From: a bacterium
Lineage (GTDB): Bacteria > UBA8248
NCBI GenBank assembly: GCA_965213685.1
Contig: CBDBZY010000064.1
Location: forward strand, 1,536,001-1,600,000
Reading direction: 5' to 3'
DNA length: 64,000 bases
The translations under genes and the position numbers were made by a program. How positions within the stretch are numbered: the stretch's first letter is position 1; each line of letters begins with the position of its first letter. The notes beneath the pieces were generated by a model that searched no databases, was not told where the DNA came from, and was given only the letters and a program-made list of their open reading frames with translations. This document shows positions 1 through 12,844 of this stretch, piece after piece.

Positions 1-117
1 ATGTTCCACTTTTAGAATGCTAATGACCTATATACACAATAAATTTAAATAGTAACCTAGCAGTTGACCAACATGTACATGTACATGTGCATGTACATGT
101 ATGTACATGTATACATG

Positions 118-980
118 AACAGAATATTTAACTCAGTATGGCTCCTCCCCTGATGGAGAGGAGTTACCGGTTGATCCCTAGCAGGATTCTGATGGCACAT
201 ACAGAGTGATATTGAGAATTGTGAAGGCTGGCTGTCACCTGGTGGCCATAGCTCAGGTGGTAGAGCACTAACAGCTAAAGTCAGAGGCCCCCGGTTCAAT
301 CCTGGGTGGCTGCCGGTTTTTCACGGTTCTCTAAAGTATTCCCAAGCCTTTCCTCACGTATAACGTAGCTTGCGTGTTGTGTTCAGTGGCTCCCTAGAGA
401 GACCCAGCTTCACGTGCACTGCTCGAATAAACAGAATATTTCACTCAGTATGGCTCCTCCCCTGATGGAGAGGAGTTACCAGTCGATCCCTAGCGGGATT
501 CTGACAGCACATACAGAGTGATATTGAGAATTGTGAAGGCTGGCTGTCACCTGGTGGCCATAGCTCAGGTGGTAGAGCACTGACAGCTAAAGTCAGAGGC
601 CCCCGGTTCAATTCCGGGTGGCTGCCGGTTTTTCATGGTCCCAAGCCTTTCCTCGTGTATCCACATCCTGCATCTCATGTTGGGTCAAAGATTATAGATG
701 CATGTATATGCATGAGGAAAGGCTTTGGAATATTCTTAGAGAACTGCGAAAAACCGGCAGCCACCTGGGATTGAACCGGGGCCCTCTGACTTCAGTCATC
801 AGTGCTCTATCACCTGAGCTATGGCCACTGGGTGACATCCAGCCTTCACAATTCTCAATATCACTCCATATGTGCCATCAGAATCCTGCTAGGGATCAAC
901 TGGTAACTCCTCTCCATCAGGGGAGGAGTCACACTGAGTGAAATATTCTATTTATTCATAGCAGTGCACGTGAAGCTCGC
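118..980. mobile_element. Three copies of a ~250-bp SINE-like repeat with an internal tRNA-like cloverleaf (copies ~118-360 +, ~428-660 +, ~705-980 -)
   Basis: The same block (AACAGAATATTT...GGTGGCCATAGCTCAGGTGGTAGAGC...GGTTCAATTCCGGGTGGCTGCCGGTTTTT) occurs three times. It has Pol III A-box and B-box-like motifs and a T-run. A 3' fragment recurs at ~27539-27605. Confidence 0.75.
554..626 (+). other. tRNA-like cloverleaf within the repeat (anticodon position CTA, non-canonical loop); probably SINE-derived
   Basis: Acceptor stem GTGGCCA/TGGCTGC, D arm GCTC/GAGC, anticodon stem CTGAC/GTCAG with loop AGCTAAA, T arm CCCGG-TTCAATT-CCGGG. Confidence 0.55.
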
Positions 981-1139
981 ATGTACATGTACATGACAGA
1001 GACATCTCTGTACATGTACATGTACATAATTATAGGCACACATACCCATAGCTTGTAACAAGATAAGAGACATGAGGGCTCTCAAAAGGGTATAGCCAAC
1101 AGTACCTGTGCTATTCGCATGCATGCATGTTGTTGGGTA

Positions 1140-1851
1140 CCGTATTTATCCGAATAGAGGCCTGGGCCTCTATTTCCTTTGTGACATTTTTGACCCAGCC
1201 TCTAAACGGAGCCGGCCTCAATTCAGGGCCGGCCTCTATTTGTATATGTGTGCATGCGACGGGGCGCCCGTGCTTTGTTAAGTATTTATCATACATTTAT
1301 TAACGAATTGCTGTCCAACATGGCATCTAGCCAGGGATTTTTGCGCAACGTTTTAGTAGCCATCAAGTATATGTCTACAGCACAATTTGACTGTTTTTTG
1401 GCTGCACCATACTCGGATTCTATTCGTGTTGACACCGCAGTCTCCCGGCGTCCTTCGACTTCATTTCTGCGCAGTTCACAACTCGGAGCTTGAATGTAAT
1501 GTCGTAGCACTTACGCTTGGACACCGTGGTGACTGTCACGGTTGCAGACGCTAAATAGCCATAGACATAAGTACGTGCACACGTACACGTGTACACGTGT
1601 ACGTGTACATACGTGTATGGACATAAATAGCCATACACATAAGTACGTGCACACGTACACGTGTACACGTGTACGTGTACATACGTGTATGGACATAAAT
1701 AGCCATACACATAAGTACGTGCACATGCACGAGGGTTTCAAATTGAGTGAGCAGGGTGTGAAAACAGCGCAGGACCCGGCCTCTATTTAGCAATTCACTC
1801 CGTTTACCCCCGGCCTCTAAACGAGACCGGCTTCTATTCGGACAAATACGG
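1140..1851 (-). mobile_element. Non-autonomous pogo/Tc1-mariner-type DNA transposon carrying a Brinker-like DNA-binding-domain remnant
   Basis: TIRs CCGTATTTATCCGAATAG / CTATTCGGACAAATACGG are flanked by TA. The minus-strand peptide SKRKCYDITFKLRVVNCAE resembles pogo N-terminal BrkDBD. Confidence 0.7.
1552..1725. repeat. 72-bp tandem repeat (~2.4 units) inside the pogo-type element
   Basis: TAAATAGCCAT recurs at 1552, 1624 and 1696. Confidence 0.85.
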
Positions 1852-1938
1852 TATGTACATCCACATCTGCTGCATTCTCCAGCATGCTGGAGATGACCTG
1901 TTTAGCTGCTGAGCATATCCACTCATTACCACACTCAC

Positions 1939-4932
1939 TTTCCCTCTGATGTCAATGTCCGGGTGCTCAGACAGTCTTAGCGTCTCCTCATCCACCTCCT
2001 GCCACAGGAGAGACGCCAGTGCTACATGGACAAGAAAAACTACAGTGTTAATACAGTATGCATGGAAGTATAGCTCACTTCACACGAAGTCCCACTTTGC
2101 AAACTACAGTGTGTTGCATATTCTGTACAACTACAAGTGTGCACATGTCAGGTTACATACATATGTGCACAACACAGGTGTACATTTGTTCTAGGCAAGC
2201 ATTCCACATGCACATTTTTCACTCTGAGAGACTGGACTCGGAACTGTATCATGTGTATATATACACCATAAAGTGTGCATTCCTGAGTCCAGCATCTCAC
2301 ACTGTCCCTCACCACACAGTTCTGAGATACTGCAGACATATAGTGTACAATGTATGCATGTCAGAGAGCGTGTTGACCCTGAGGTGTTGAGGAATTTGCT
2401 CCTATTGCCCCTAAAGGCATTCATCCCGTCAGAAAACTCATAACAGAAGTGCTACAGATGTGGCCTGGTCTGGCCTCCTCCTCTGCCTAACCACCTGCTA
2501 TGGCCAGTGGACAGTCCATACAGAGGGTATAAAAGTACCCCATAGAGTGACACAGATTCCAAGAAATGTGACATCATGAGCCAGTAAGGAATGCATGTAC
2601 ATGTACATGTCTATGTTATCAAATCAGTTGACTACAGACCCACTGTACTGCAAGCAGTACTGCCAGAGACAAATGAGTGCAGCACAGTTATGGCAACTAG
2701 TAAGGATACATGTACATGTACAAGGAGTTTTGTAGATGCTATTTGGGGAAAGAAAGGATTAAATCTTGGTTAGGGAAACCATCCACATACTTACATGCAC
2801 AGAGTGTATACATAGTTGAACCAAATTGTTGCACTGGCAGATATTGTGTGTGGGTGTCAGAATTGGGGCCAAGGTCCTTGCAGGGCTATTGTAAGTACAT
2901 GTATGTAAGTACATGTATGTTACAATCACTACCCATACAGAGTTCAAGCCAAATAGTAAGAGATTGACATATTCCAGAACCATCCAACACCACATACGCA
3001 TACATGTACTGTTGCATCATAGTAGAGTAATCCAGCCAGCTATAGTTTGAGGGTTCATGTGTGTATGTGTACATGTGACTACTACAGGTATTGTTCACAG
3101 TCAGCATGTGACTTGCATGCAGATTACAACTTCCGGCTAAAACCATATAGCAGATGAACAGTTACTGTACAAGCTACATGTTATTAATTGCCAATAAGTG
3201 TCAGACGAGTTTTTTATGTACATGCAGACGACTACAGATGAATAACATCTTTGTTGCAATACTCCAGGAGTTCATACTGCCTTTCATACAGTACATTGTA
3301 GCATTCCTTTATGACTAAGGTGCACGTAGTACATGTACATGTACATCTAGCTAATTGTCAGTTCAAGATATGACTTGCAACAGGCAGTGAGCTACAGGAC
3401 CTGCCCAGGCAGGTACTAATTGAATACTTGAGCAGTTTGTGAATTCCAATGCACCACAAAACATCACAGTGACAACCACATAAATGTTGCCCACATACCT
3501 ACATGCCTAGCTCACAAGACAAAATATCAACACTGCATAGGGCACTGGTCCCCCCCCCCCTTGGTGACACAGCCAATGAGCTGTGATACTAGGCCCATAC
3601 AGGGGTAGGCAGGGTGACCTGTCCAGGAATAATGCTCCTGGCATGAGGCCAAGTGCCACACATTGTGCTAATGGGAGTGACAGAAGACAAAAGCCAAATG
3701 AGCCAAAAGTCACTCCACAATAAGGCAGAGACCTCCAAACACACATACCCTTGCATGCTAATGACATTTGGGAAGTAGCAAAGCAAATCTGTTGTGAATA
3801 ACCAGGAAAAATACAATAATAATTGTGTACATCATGCTTCTGTATACATGTAGTACTCCTGAATTGCAGTTTTCTTCTTCTTATGATGCCTACCTCACAA
3901 CTGGAAAGGTTCCATGCATGCATGTGCCTGGAAATCAAATGAACTATGGCTATGTCATGCTTCATTCCAACCTCCTTATGGTAAGAAACCTTTGGCCCTA
4001 CTTGGCAGACACCACTGGATGACTTGTAGCTGTGCTTCTGAGGTCTTCACATCATCTTGTATAGAACTGCTGGAATCATGAGCCTACTACAGTGTACATG
4101 TATATGGACCCATTTCCTTGAAATAAGCAATGGTTTAGAGATACATGTATGTACATGCACAATGTGCACATGTACATCCAATCATTACTCCACGTCGGCA
4201 TACTTTCTCTGAGTGTATGACTCATACCTCTACCAGCAGGTAAGTGTACTAAATGCATTGTTATACCACTCAATCTTGAATGATTGTTGCATGCTCGTGC
4301 AAGCACAATATACCTCTTGAACTGGAGGTGCCTCCCCCAGGCATCAGGTCAACCTTTGCACTACCAGACTCACAGTGGGCATTATCCAAGAGCACCCTGA
4401 AGATGGTGAGTAACAAAAGGAGTGGAGGAGGAGGAGGAGGAGGAGGAGGAGGAGGAGAAAGAGGAGGAGGAGGAGAAAGAGGAGGAGGAGGAGAAAGAGG
4501 AGAAGGAAGAGTGAAAGAGGGAGTGTAGGGAGAGGAGGAGGAGGAGGAGGAGGAGGAGGAGGAGGAAGAGGGAGTGTAGGAAGAGGAGGAGGAGGAGGAG
4601 GAGGAGAAGGAAGAGGGAGTGTAGGAAGGGGAGGAAGAGGAGGAAAAAGAGGAGGAGGAGAAGGAGGAGGAGAAGGAAGAGGAGGAAGAAGAAGAGGAGG
4701 AAGAGGAGGAGGAGGAGGAGGAGGAGGAGTATGAGGATGGAGGAGGAACAACAAAGAGAGGAGGGGGTGCATTCAGAAGTACTGAATCCCCTCCACTATG
4801 TAATCACATTCCAAATGCTGCCACGTTCAAGTGCCATGTATATGTACATGCTCACCGGCTGGTGGGCACCAATAAGAAGAGAAGCACTGCACAGACGCCC
4901 ACAATCGACAGGAAGCGCCGTAATGGCCTCAT
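1939..4932 (-). CDS. Putative multi-exon gene (partial model) encoding a protein with an N-terminal signal anchor; function unknown
   Basis: Exon 4932-4856 gives MRPLRRFLSIVGVCAVLLFLLVPTSR and ends at GTGAG. The phase-compatible exon 4396-4314 gives VLLDNAHCESGSAKVDLMPGGGTSSSR. A further coding-like exon lies at 2021-1939 (LASLLWQEVDEETLRLSEHPDIDIRGK). Intermediate exons and the 3' end are not resolved. Confidence 0.45.
4420..4765. repeat. (GGA)n/GA-rich low-complexity microsatellite, intronic
   Basis: Long GGA/GAA runs. Confidence 0.9.
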
Positions 4933-5279
4933 CAGATACAGTGTTCAACCGTACTCTAGCGCAGGAAACACCCAATGAATAGGTGTTGAGGTCGATTTCT
5001 CACCACAAACAATAAAACTCTGTTTCTTTGTACATGGCCACGCTCTAGAATTTTGTGCGGCAAGTATCCGAAGTACGTGAGGCGGCGCTGCGTTCGCGGA
5101 AGCGATGCGGACGATTGGTGGGTTGTAAACAATACTCGCTCCGTTACCCTCCCATGAGGAATCCGCTCGCAGTAACACAAGTTTTTCCTCCACCACTCGG
5201 TGAATTTAACTAAGAACGCATCACCACCGAACTTGTAAGCTTACACTTTGTACCTTTTAGTACAGTAAGTTCACGGTTC

Positions 5280-5340
5280 AAAGGTGGGATAAGTTATGGT
5301 GACGTCTGTACAACTTCCGGTTACCGCAGCCATAATATAT
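5280..5340. promoter_or_regulatory. Candidate bidirectional promoter between head-to-head genes
   Basis: A CRE-like TGACGTC (5300-5306) and an ETS-like ACTTCCGG (5313-5320) lie in a CpG-rich interval between ATGs at 4932(-) and 5443(+). Confidence 0.35.
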
Positions 5341-5442
5341 TGTGCACATGTAGTCGGATAAAGCAGTTGCAAGTTATTGGTACTAAGAATACGTAGTGCA
5401 GTTTATTGCGAACTGACATATCTTGCGAAAGTAGGGAATAAT

Positions 5443-6402
5443 ATGTATAGGAGCGCAGATGCTGATCTCGCCTCTCCAGCCAAGATCAAAGGAAGCGATG
5501 GGCTCGTGCTCAGAGCTGCGTCGTACTGTGGGGACGGCGGGCGACCCTCCGTAGCACTGGCGGACGAAAGGATAGCAGTGCTCGTGCACGAGGGCCAGGG
5601 AGGTACGGAGCTGCAGCACTGTGTTGGGGTGGTCGATGCGGAGGGCAAGGTGGAGTGGGGCAGACACCACCAGTGCGCCAAAGGAATCAATCCATGCGTC
5701 GCTACTAATGATATGTGGATTGTGGTGGAGGTCCATGAAAACCACGGAGAGAACAGGTTGTGGTGCAAGTACGGCATCGTAAATCCCGAGAATAAAGAGG
5801 TTACGTGGGGGAAGAGTCATTTTTACGGCTGGGGCGCGCAGCCCGCAGTAGCGTTGAGGACGGACGGGAGATTAGTGGAGGTGCACGAAGAGAGGCATCT
5901 GTTCAAGAAGAGCCTGTGCTACAGGCTAGGCCGGATAGACATGGAGAATCGATCCATCCACTGGGAGGAGGCCATCAAGATTGGGAAGGGGAAGAACCCT
6001 AAGGTGGCTGTGAGTGATGAAGGTGTTGTAATTGAGGTCCATGAAAACGACAGTGACAGTGGACTGTGTTACACTGTGGGTGAACTGAAGGAGAATCGTA
6101 TTGAGTGGGGAGAGATGCAAAAGTATGATGTGGGTGTTGCACCGTGTGTGTGCATCAAGAACTGGAGCAATCAGATCGTGGAGGTACACCAAGACGCTAC
6201 GTCAGAGACCCTCCAGTACCGCACTGGAGTTATTAACTTGAAGGACAAGATGATTGACTGGCTTCCAGAGAAGGTTAAGCAGCACAAAGGGAAGAGTCCA
6301 GGAATAGCTGTGGGAGACAATGGCACTCTCATTACTGTGCAGGTGGAGGCCAGCAGCTCTATGGCATGTTCAGTTGGATCAATAGCCAAATTAGTGCAAT
6401 GA
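5443..6402 (+). CDS. Intronless 319-aa protein of six ~49-aa repeats, predicted beta-propeller
   Basis: Uninterrupted ORF from the ATG at 5443. The repeat consensus G-x-x-P-x-V-A...V-V-E-V-H-E...L-x-Y-x-x-G...I-x-W-G occurs six times (the sixth is partial). Confidence 0.85.
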   Translation: MYRSADADLASPAKIKGSDGLVLRAASYCGDGGRPSVALADERIAVLVHEGQGGTELQHCVGVVDAEGKVEWGRHHQCAKGINPCVATNDMWIVVEVHENHGENRLWCKYGIVNPENKEVTWGKSHFYGWGAQPAVALRTDGRLVEVHEERHLFKKSLCYRLGRIDMENRSIHWEEAIKIGKGKNPKVAVSDEGVVIEVHENDSDSGLCYTVGELKENRIEWGEMQKYDVGVAPCVCIKNWSNQIVEVHQDATSETLQYRTGVINLKDKMIDWLPEKVKQHKGKSPGIAVGDNGTLITVQVEASSSMACSVGSIAKLVQ

Positions 6403-6997
6403 GTGTATTAGTGTTGTATGTCTTTCCACCCAATCATTAGCTCTATTGAATTTGGTGTCAGAATCTTCTTTTTTTTACTGTAATTTCTTGCTGCTTTTGG
6501 TCTGGTTGTCAATGGACACTGTGTCCTTTTATGCTGATAGTATTTTAATCATAATCTTATGCTTATATATAGAATACCATAATATAATACATGTATGTAA
6601 GGACTGGGAAAGAAGTCTACTTCTTGTCAATTTGCTTTACATTGCCAAAAATTTACATATGTAAGTATGTTTCCAAATATGTAGGTGCATGTACGTACAT
6701 GTTTGTACCTACATTCCCATAGCTGTGAAGGGTATGACACTATATGGAATGTAACGAATGAAACTTGGTGGACTTCCCTCCCTGTTGTAGATTAATCCTG
6801 AACATTCTTGCACCTTTAGGTTTGGCTAGGGAAGTCATGTCATGACTGTAGGCCCAACTTTAGAAGATTCTAAGAATGTTGATATTACACTACCAGTCAA
6901 AAAGAATTGAACACCCAGCAGAAATAGCTTTGATGCACAGATTCTAGTGCTCAGTCTGTACCTCTTGCACTCTGTGCAGGGAGTTGTTTGTGCATAA

Positions 6998-7242
6998 AGG
7001 CCCCCATACACGAGGCAACATTGTTGCCGGCAACAGTTGCCTGCAACAATGTTGCTGCGTGTATGATGCAATGTTGCGTTGTTGCGTGTTGCCGGCAACT
7101 GTTGCTCGGAAATAGAACTATAGCCTAAACTTCAGCAACAGTTGCCGGCAACACGCAACAACGCAACATTGCATCATACACGCGGCAACATTGTTGCAGG
7201 CAACTGTTGCCAGCAACAAAGTTGCCTCGTGTATGGGGGCCT
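6998..7242. mobile_element. PIF/Harbinger-type palindromic MITE
   Basis: TIRs AGGCCCCCATACACGAGGCAAC / GTTGCCTCGTGTATGGGGGCCT, with a TAA duplication at 6995-6997 and 7243-7245. The element is almost entirely self-complementary. Confidence 0.85.
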
Positions 7243-8449
7243 TAAGAGTACTCACTTCTTCTAGAACACTTAGACGTAATATGGCTTCATTGCCAGTAGT
7301 TAGAAGGTGGAGCTATTGAGGGTCTTCACCCACACACATTAGCGCGCTATCCTGCTGCTCTGCAATACTGCAATAAAACCCAAACATTCTTCTCAAACAA
7401 GTAGTAGGACTTGAAATATGTCTAGTCGTAATAATAACCCACACATTCACATCAAGGATTGTGAGAGAATTTGTATCTCTGGTTACACCCTATGCTTTAA
7501 TTGCTACTATGCATAATCTTCCACCAGCGTGAAAAATTGTGACCCTGACAGCTGTCTTTGCCCTGTAGTGTGCTTGATTCACAGTTTATTCTCATCCAAG
7601 GGAGTCACACTGCCTTGGAAGTGCCCTAGAATATCCCAAAGATGTTCTACCAGGTTTGGATTACGGCTCAGTGCAAACTAATTTAGAAGGTTCTGTCCAT
7701 TCTGGGCCATCCAGCTCACTGTGTACTTGACTAAGTGGCTAATGGTATCACTCTGGTGAAAGATGTAGTCCGTGTCCAGGCCCAGAGACCGCGTAGTAGC
7801 CGGAAAAGCCCTCCTCAGAAAAGTGACATGGGCTTTACACAAAAATGACACAAACTTGCTTGAGCTCGCCCACGCCCATCTTGATTTTACAGCCCTTCCC
7901 ACCACACATTGCTGCTACTGTGTTTCAGTGTGTGCAGAATACAGTCGTACCTGTATGCCTCTCTAGCTCTGTGGTGTGCAAAAGGGCTAGCATTGTCCCT
8001 GAAAGTGTCCTGTTAGTGTATGTGAGTGTATTTGTTTATCATGAAAATTTGTAAAGGAAAAAATGATTTTGGGCAAACATTGCATGTTGGGCAGTAATTG
8101 GAACATTTGCGCATGGGTAGTTTTGTGAGTACCAGTTATTGAACTGATGTGCGCTGTCCAACAATTGGTGCAAAGTTCAAAATTTTTTATACAAAGATTT
8201 CAGATATGATAGGCCATCCTGTGAAGTAGTCGTTTTCAAGAAATTGTTCTGACTATTCTGCTACTCTTGCAAAAGTCCTTAAGTGTCCAATACTGGTGAT
8301 GTTACCCTAGACTCTTTTGTTTGTTTGTTTTTTTTTTTGATTTATGATGAATGACCCAAAACAGGGAAGATGTCAATCTACGAGTAAGAGCATTGAATCA
8401 TAGATACTATACCTTCTGTAAGGTATAGTATCTATGGTTGAATGCGAAG

Positions 8450-8519
8450 TAGTCTAGTTCCCAGACCCTTTTACGTAAGCGCATGCGCTTATACGTGGAA
8501 GGGTCTGGGAACCAGACGA
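8450..8519. mobile_element. 70-bp Academ-like MITE with 9-bp TSD
   Basis: TAGTCTAGTTCCCAGACC...GGTCTGGGAACCAGACGA is flanked by AATGCGAAG at 8441-8449 and 8520-8528. Confidence 0.65.
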
Positions 8520-9265
8520 AATGCGAAGTAGCTCTCTACACAATCTTTTTGATGGGGGAAATCTAATGAAAAAAAAAAATCTACAAAGTATCATAGATAT
8601 AAAACTTCAATAACTATGTACAAAAGTGTACTGTACTCCAGGCTATAGACCGTCTACGCAAGGTTTTCTACTGCCACCTTACTATATATGAGTATCGCAA
8701 ATTTTCTTGACTGTCCATTCCACACCACAAGCACTACAGCACACCTCCTTTGTGTATGCAGTTTCTCACTTAGCTTTCTTTTCATTTTCGTGAAAAAAAT
8801 ACCGAAAATAATTTTACAATCGCGTGTGGTGGGCATTAATTGAGGAAGTCGCACCGCGTGCCATAGAGAGATCGAGATGGCTTGCCACGGTGAGAAGGAG
8901 CGGTAGCGTCGAATAGACATGATTTCACAGAGAAGACAGCAACTTGTACTCGTTCGGTCACCTTGTGTTTGACTTGTTCACACGTACCGCCTCTGCTGTA
9001 CTCGCAAGTTCCAAATATTCGTTGAAAATTTTTCGGTTATAAATTTATATTCGTATTTTCGTGACTTTGCTGTGTACAATTATTTTTACAACGAAAATAA
9101 AGCTAATTACGGTAATTGGCTAACTGCGTGTATACTTCATGTCACAGGTAATCAATCTCCGTCTCACTACCACTGGGCTTGCTGTAGAATGGTCTGAAAC
9201 AATGTCATGGCTGTAAATGTCTGTCTTGTGCAGAAAACTACATACAACAAACTAAAGCCGATCAG

Positions 9266-10861
9266 TCACATACTCAACTCTCCCTCAAGCTGTCCAGCCA
9301 GCACATTCTTGTCATGGTCCCTTAGCAATTCTATCAGCTTTCTCCAAGTGGCAGGCTGTTCTCCATTACCTGCCATCCAATACTTCACCATAGCTAGGCA
9401 ACATTTTTGAGGATTTTGTGTCCCATTTTCATATTCAATCAAATCCAGTTGGGCTCCATCAGTGTCAAAATCAAACAAAATTCCAAATTGTTTCCAATGA
9501 GAAGCGAGAGACTTGATAACCTCAATCTTCCCACCTGTCTTAGTCCTCATTATGGACAACTGCTTTAGAGTTGGTTTGGAGTCTGAAAGAAGCATAGAAA
9601 TGTAGCAACGTACTTAGTATGTGGCACAGGTCCACTCCATTACAAATTTCTTACCTAATGGATCTTCGACAGCAGGTTGGTTATTTTTCAATTCAGGCAT
9701 AGCTGTAGTTAAAATATGCATAATTATGTATATCAGGATGGTTCACAACATAAATTCATGTACATGTAGCTGTATAGGATCATTGCTACGTATAGTTTAC
9801 TAGTTTCAAAGGTAATGAACTTTGTGTAGCAGAAAACGTAGACCTTCCAGCTGAAGTGAGATAAAGATGCCCACTGGATTGCCAGTCTCTGGGCCCAGGT
9901 TCAGTGCTACGGATGGAAGTGTGTCTTTCCAGTTTTTCTTTGTCTAGATTTGCATATTGGTACATGCAGGTGCACTGCAGCTCTCATGAGTCACAGTCCT
10001 GACAAATATCAGTTTGCACTCCACCACATTCAGACGTGGTGCACTCCTCAATACATCACATGAAACCCAGTGTACTGCAGTGTGTGCTCTATAGGAGGGT
10101 CTAGTCTCGCAATGACATGTCAACAAGGCAGCCATTTGGCATTACATTTGGCAGCCATTACTGAGTAGGCTTTGTCCGTCCTCCCCCTTGTCATACCTAC
10201 CCCTTCACCCCCCACACTACATTACCCCCCCTCCTCCTCCCCTCCCCTCTTCACCTCATGCTGTTCTTTTGCTCAGGTACATAATAAAGACACCTCTCTC
10301 TGAGGAAGGTCTACAGACCAAAATGTCCTGTTTCTATTAAGTTTTCTGCTATGCAAAGTTCATTAACTTTGGAACTAGTATACATACATGTACTTACAAG
10401 TAGTGTGATCCCCTTTTTCCTCTTCAATATACTTCATAAGCTCTCCATTGTACACAGGTTTTTTGGTCACTGTGAAAGTATTCAGTCTATGTATACATGT
10501 ATATGGCCATCTACAAGCCTTCTGATCATCACATATTATGTAACTTACATAAGTCCTGGATCAATTTCTTTACCAGATCAATGTCAGTTGTGCATTCAGC
10601 CATAATATCCACAAACTTTTCAAACCATTTCTCCCCTGTGTCATTATTGACTTTGATCGTAACACAGTTCAACAGGCTACTTGCCTTGCTTGCAAATGAC
10701 ACTCCTGTGGTGTCAGTGATACTTCTCCTCTGGTGTGATGTTATAAAGGCTTCTTGTTCCAAGTGCAGAGCAATCACTTGCAAATTGAATTCAACAGCTA
10801 GAGCCAGGTTTGTCAAATTTACCCTTAGTGCATACATTTCTGCCCGTTCTCCAGATGCCAT
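9266..10861 (-). CDS. Death-fold adaptor gene C: CARD-like (alpha) + linkers + Death domain (K type); RAIDD/CRADD-like architecture
   Basis: Exons 10861-10549 (MASGERAEMYALRVNL...WFEKFVDIM...), 10469-10398, 9702-9655 and 9582-9266 (KPTLKQL...HWKQFGILFDFD...WMAGNG...ATWRKLIELL). All introns are GT-AG phase 1 and the frame is open to TGA. Confidence 0.8.
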
Positions 10862-10974
10862 GTCACCTATACATGTGGTAAGACACATGTATATAGCATG
10901 CATAGACCTATTGGCTTAACCTTAGTTTTTGACAGTAGTGAGTTGCTTTTGGCTTTCAACTTATACTTGACACC

Positions 10975-11165
<191 letters not shown>

Positions 11166-11387
11166 CTACACACGTGAAAGGACTGCCTACCGAAGGTGGG
11201 TAAAAATTATTAAACTACGCACTGTATTATGGAGTCAACCAAAGTACGACAGAGGTCTAGCACTGTGCAGTGGCCAGAGCTGATATATAAAATGTAGCCA
11301 AATAGCTAAATTACTCTCTTCCTACCGCAGATCACTGATGATAAAGCCTTCTTCGGTCACTGTTTCCACTTGCAGTAGGCTTCTAGC

Positions 11388-11981
11388 TAGTCTCATTCCC
11401 AGACCACCCGAAAGCGAGGTGGGTTTGGCACGTGTACGTCACTGAACTGGCTAGACAAAAAAGTAGGCGGGGCGGGGCTTGTTGTTTTATTGTCTTAGAG
11501 GAGTAGCCGGGACACGCTATTAGCGGCTAGCTTTTGGAAGTAACGAGAAGGGGTTGACGTATTTGGCATCGTTGGTAGGCAGGATCAAGTGGCATAAACG
11601 GCACCTGCGTAATTACATGTGCGTTCGAGTCCTAGCCTACTGCTGCTACTTCCTAGCCTACCCCTAGCCCTTGCCCTGTCACAAAAGCGCCCCTGCCCCG
11701 TCACAAAACGGGTGACGCCTGGGCAGAGGCTAGAGGTAGGCTAGTCCACTCGATTTTGTGACGGAGTAGGGGCTAGGGGTAGGCTAGGAAGTAGCAGCAG
11801 CAGGCCAGGACTCGAACGCGCATGTAATTACGCAGCTGCCGTTTATTCCACTTGATCCGACTACCATTGAAGGGCAAACAATGTCATAGATCTGTTGTAT
11901 AGACAATTCAGCAGTCAGACCCAGCTAAAAATTTGCAAAACATTAGTATGATCACGGAAATACGTCTGGCTCGCGAGACTA
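11388..11981. mobile_element. MITE-like element with TAGTCTC...GAGACTA ends and an internal ~110-bp inverted repeat
   Basis: The ends resemble the Academ-like MITE at 8450. 11570-11680 is the inverted complement of 11760-11870. No clear TSD. Confidence 0.45.
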
Positions 11982-12844
11982 TGGGCTCTCTATATATGAC
12001 CAAAGATATATCTAAATGGATGGAACTTGAGTAAAGACCAACTTGTGGATAGGGCAAACCTCCCAACATTACAAAATCGAGGCTATACTTGAGAAATTAC
12101 TGTTTCATGGCCTATATTATGTATCCTTTGCATAAAATAGAAAAAACCTCAGCCTTCTCTGCGTCTTTAAAAATTCAGTTATGAAACAACAAACACCTGA
12201 ATGTTTTGTATCTACATATATCAGAGCACAGGTATCTACATACACACAGGGCACATTAATTGGACATTGTCAACATCCCACAAAACTTACTTCAATGCTA
12301 ATGATACTGGATGCAGTCTCCATGTGATTATCAGTATAGAGGTGCGTCTACCATTTTTACTGACCCTCTTATGTAGTCAAGACAATACAAGAATACCTTC
12401 TAAATTGGGCATAAATACATGGAAAATATGTGTATAGCATCCTAGCTACAGAAAAGAACAAAAGAACCTCAAGTACACATAAAGCACAAAACACAAAAGA
12501 CACAACATACAAAATCGAAAAATAAGAAAGCAGGACCCTGGGTGCCCAGCTTTGAGAACTGGGGCGGTAGGTTAATTAAAGAGTCTTTTATGGGCCCAAC
12601 TCTCTGTACACACACAGTGTCCCAACTTCCCCCATGATAAAATAAACTACGAGTACTAAGTTACAAAATGGGATAGAAACGATGCTGAGTAGAAAAATAG
12701 ATAGCTCAAAACTCACGTGTATGTGCTACTGTTCATAGTATAGTCAAGATACTGTAAAGTCATTTCACTATAGTACAGTCAAGTTTGCAAAGTACAGTGC
12801 TAGCTTCACGTCTACCACAAGAGAGAAAATACAGCAGAAAGTTA

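Noticed and set aside
241-315. Functional tRNA or amber-suppressor tRNA gene
   Set aside because: It is embedded in a multi-copy repeat, copies differ in the anticodon arm, and U33 is missing. Kept only as a tRNA-like SINE module.
1420-1793. Cluster of His/Thr/Tyr/Val-rich ORFs here and at other TACATG-rich tracts
   Set aside because: They result from alternating purine-pyrimidine low-complexity repeats that lack stop codons.
4344-4772. Proline-rich 142-aa ORF resembling a formin/extensin segment
   Set aside because: It is a translation of the (GGA)n microsatellite inside a probable intron.
5377-5442. N-terminal extension of the 341-aa ORF from a TTG start
   Set aside because: Non-ATG starts in the ORF track reflect a prokaryotic code. 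The first ATG is at 5443.
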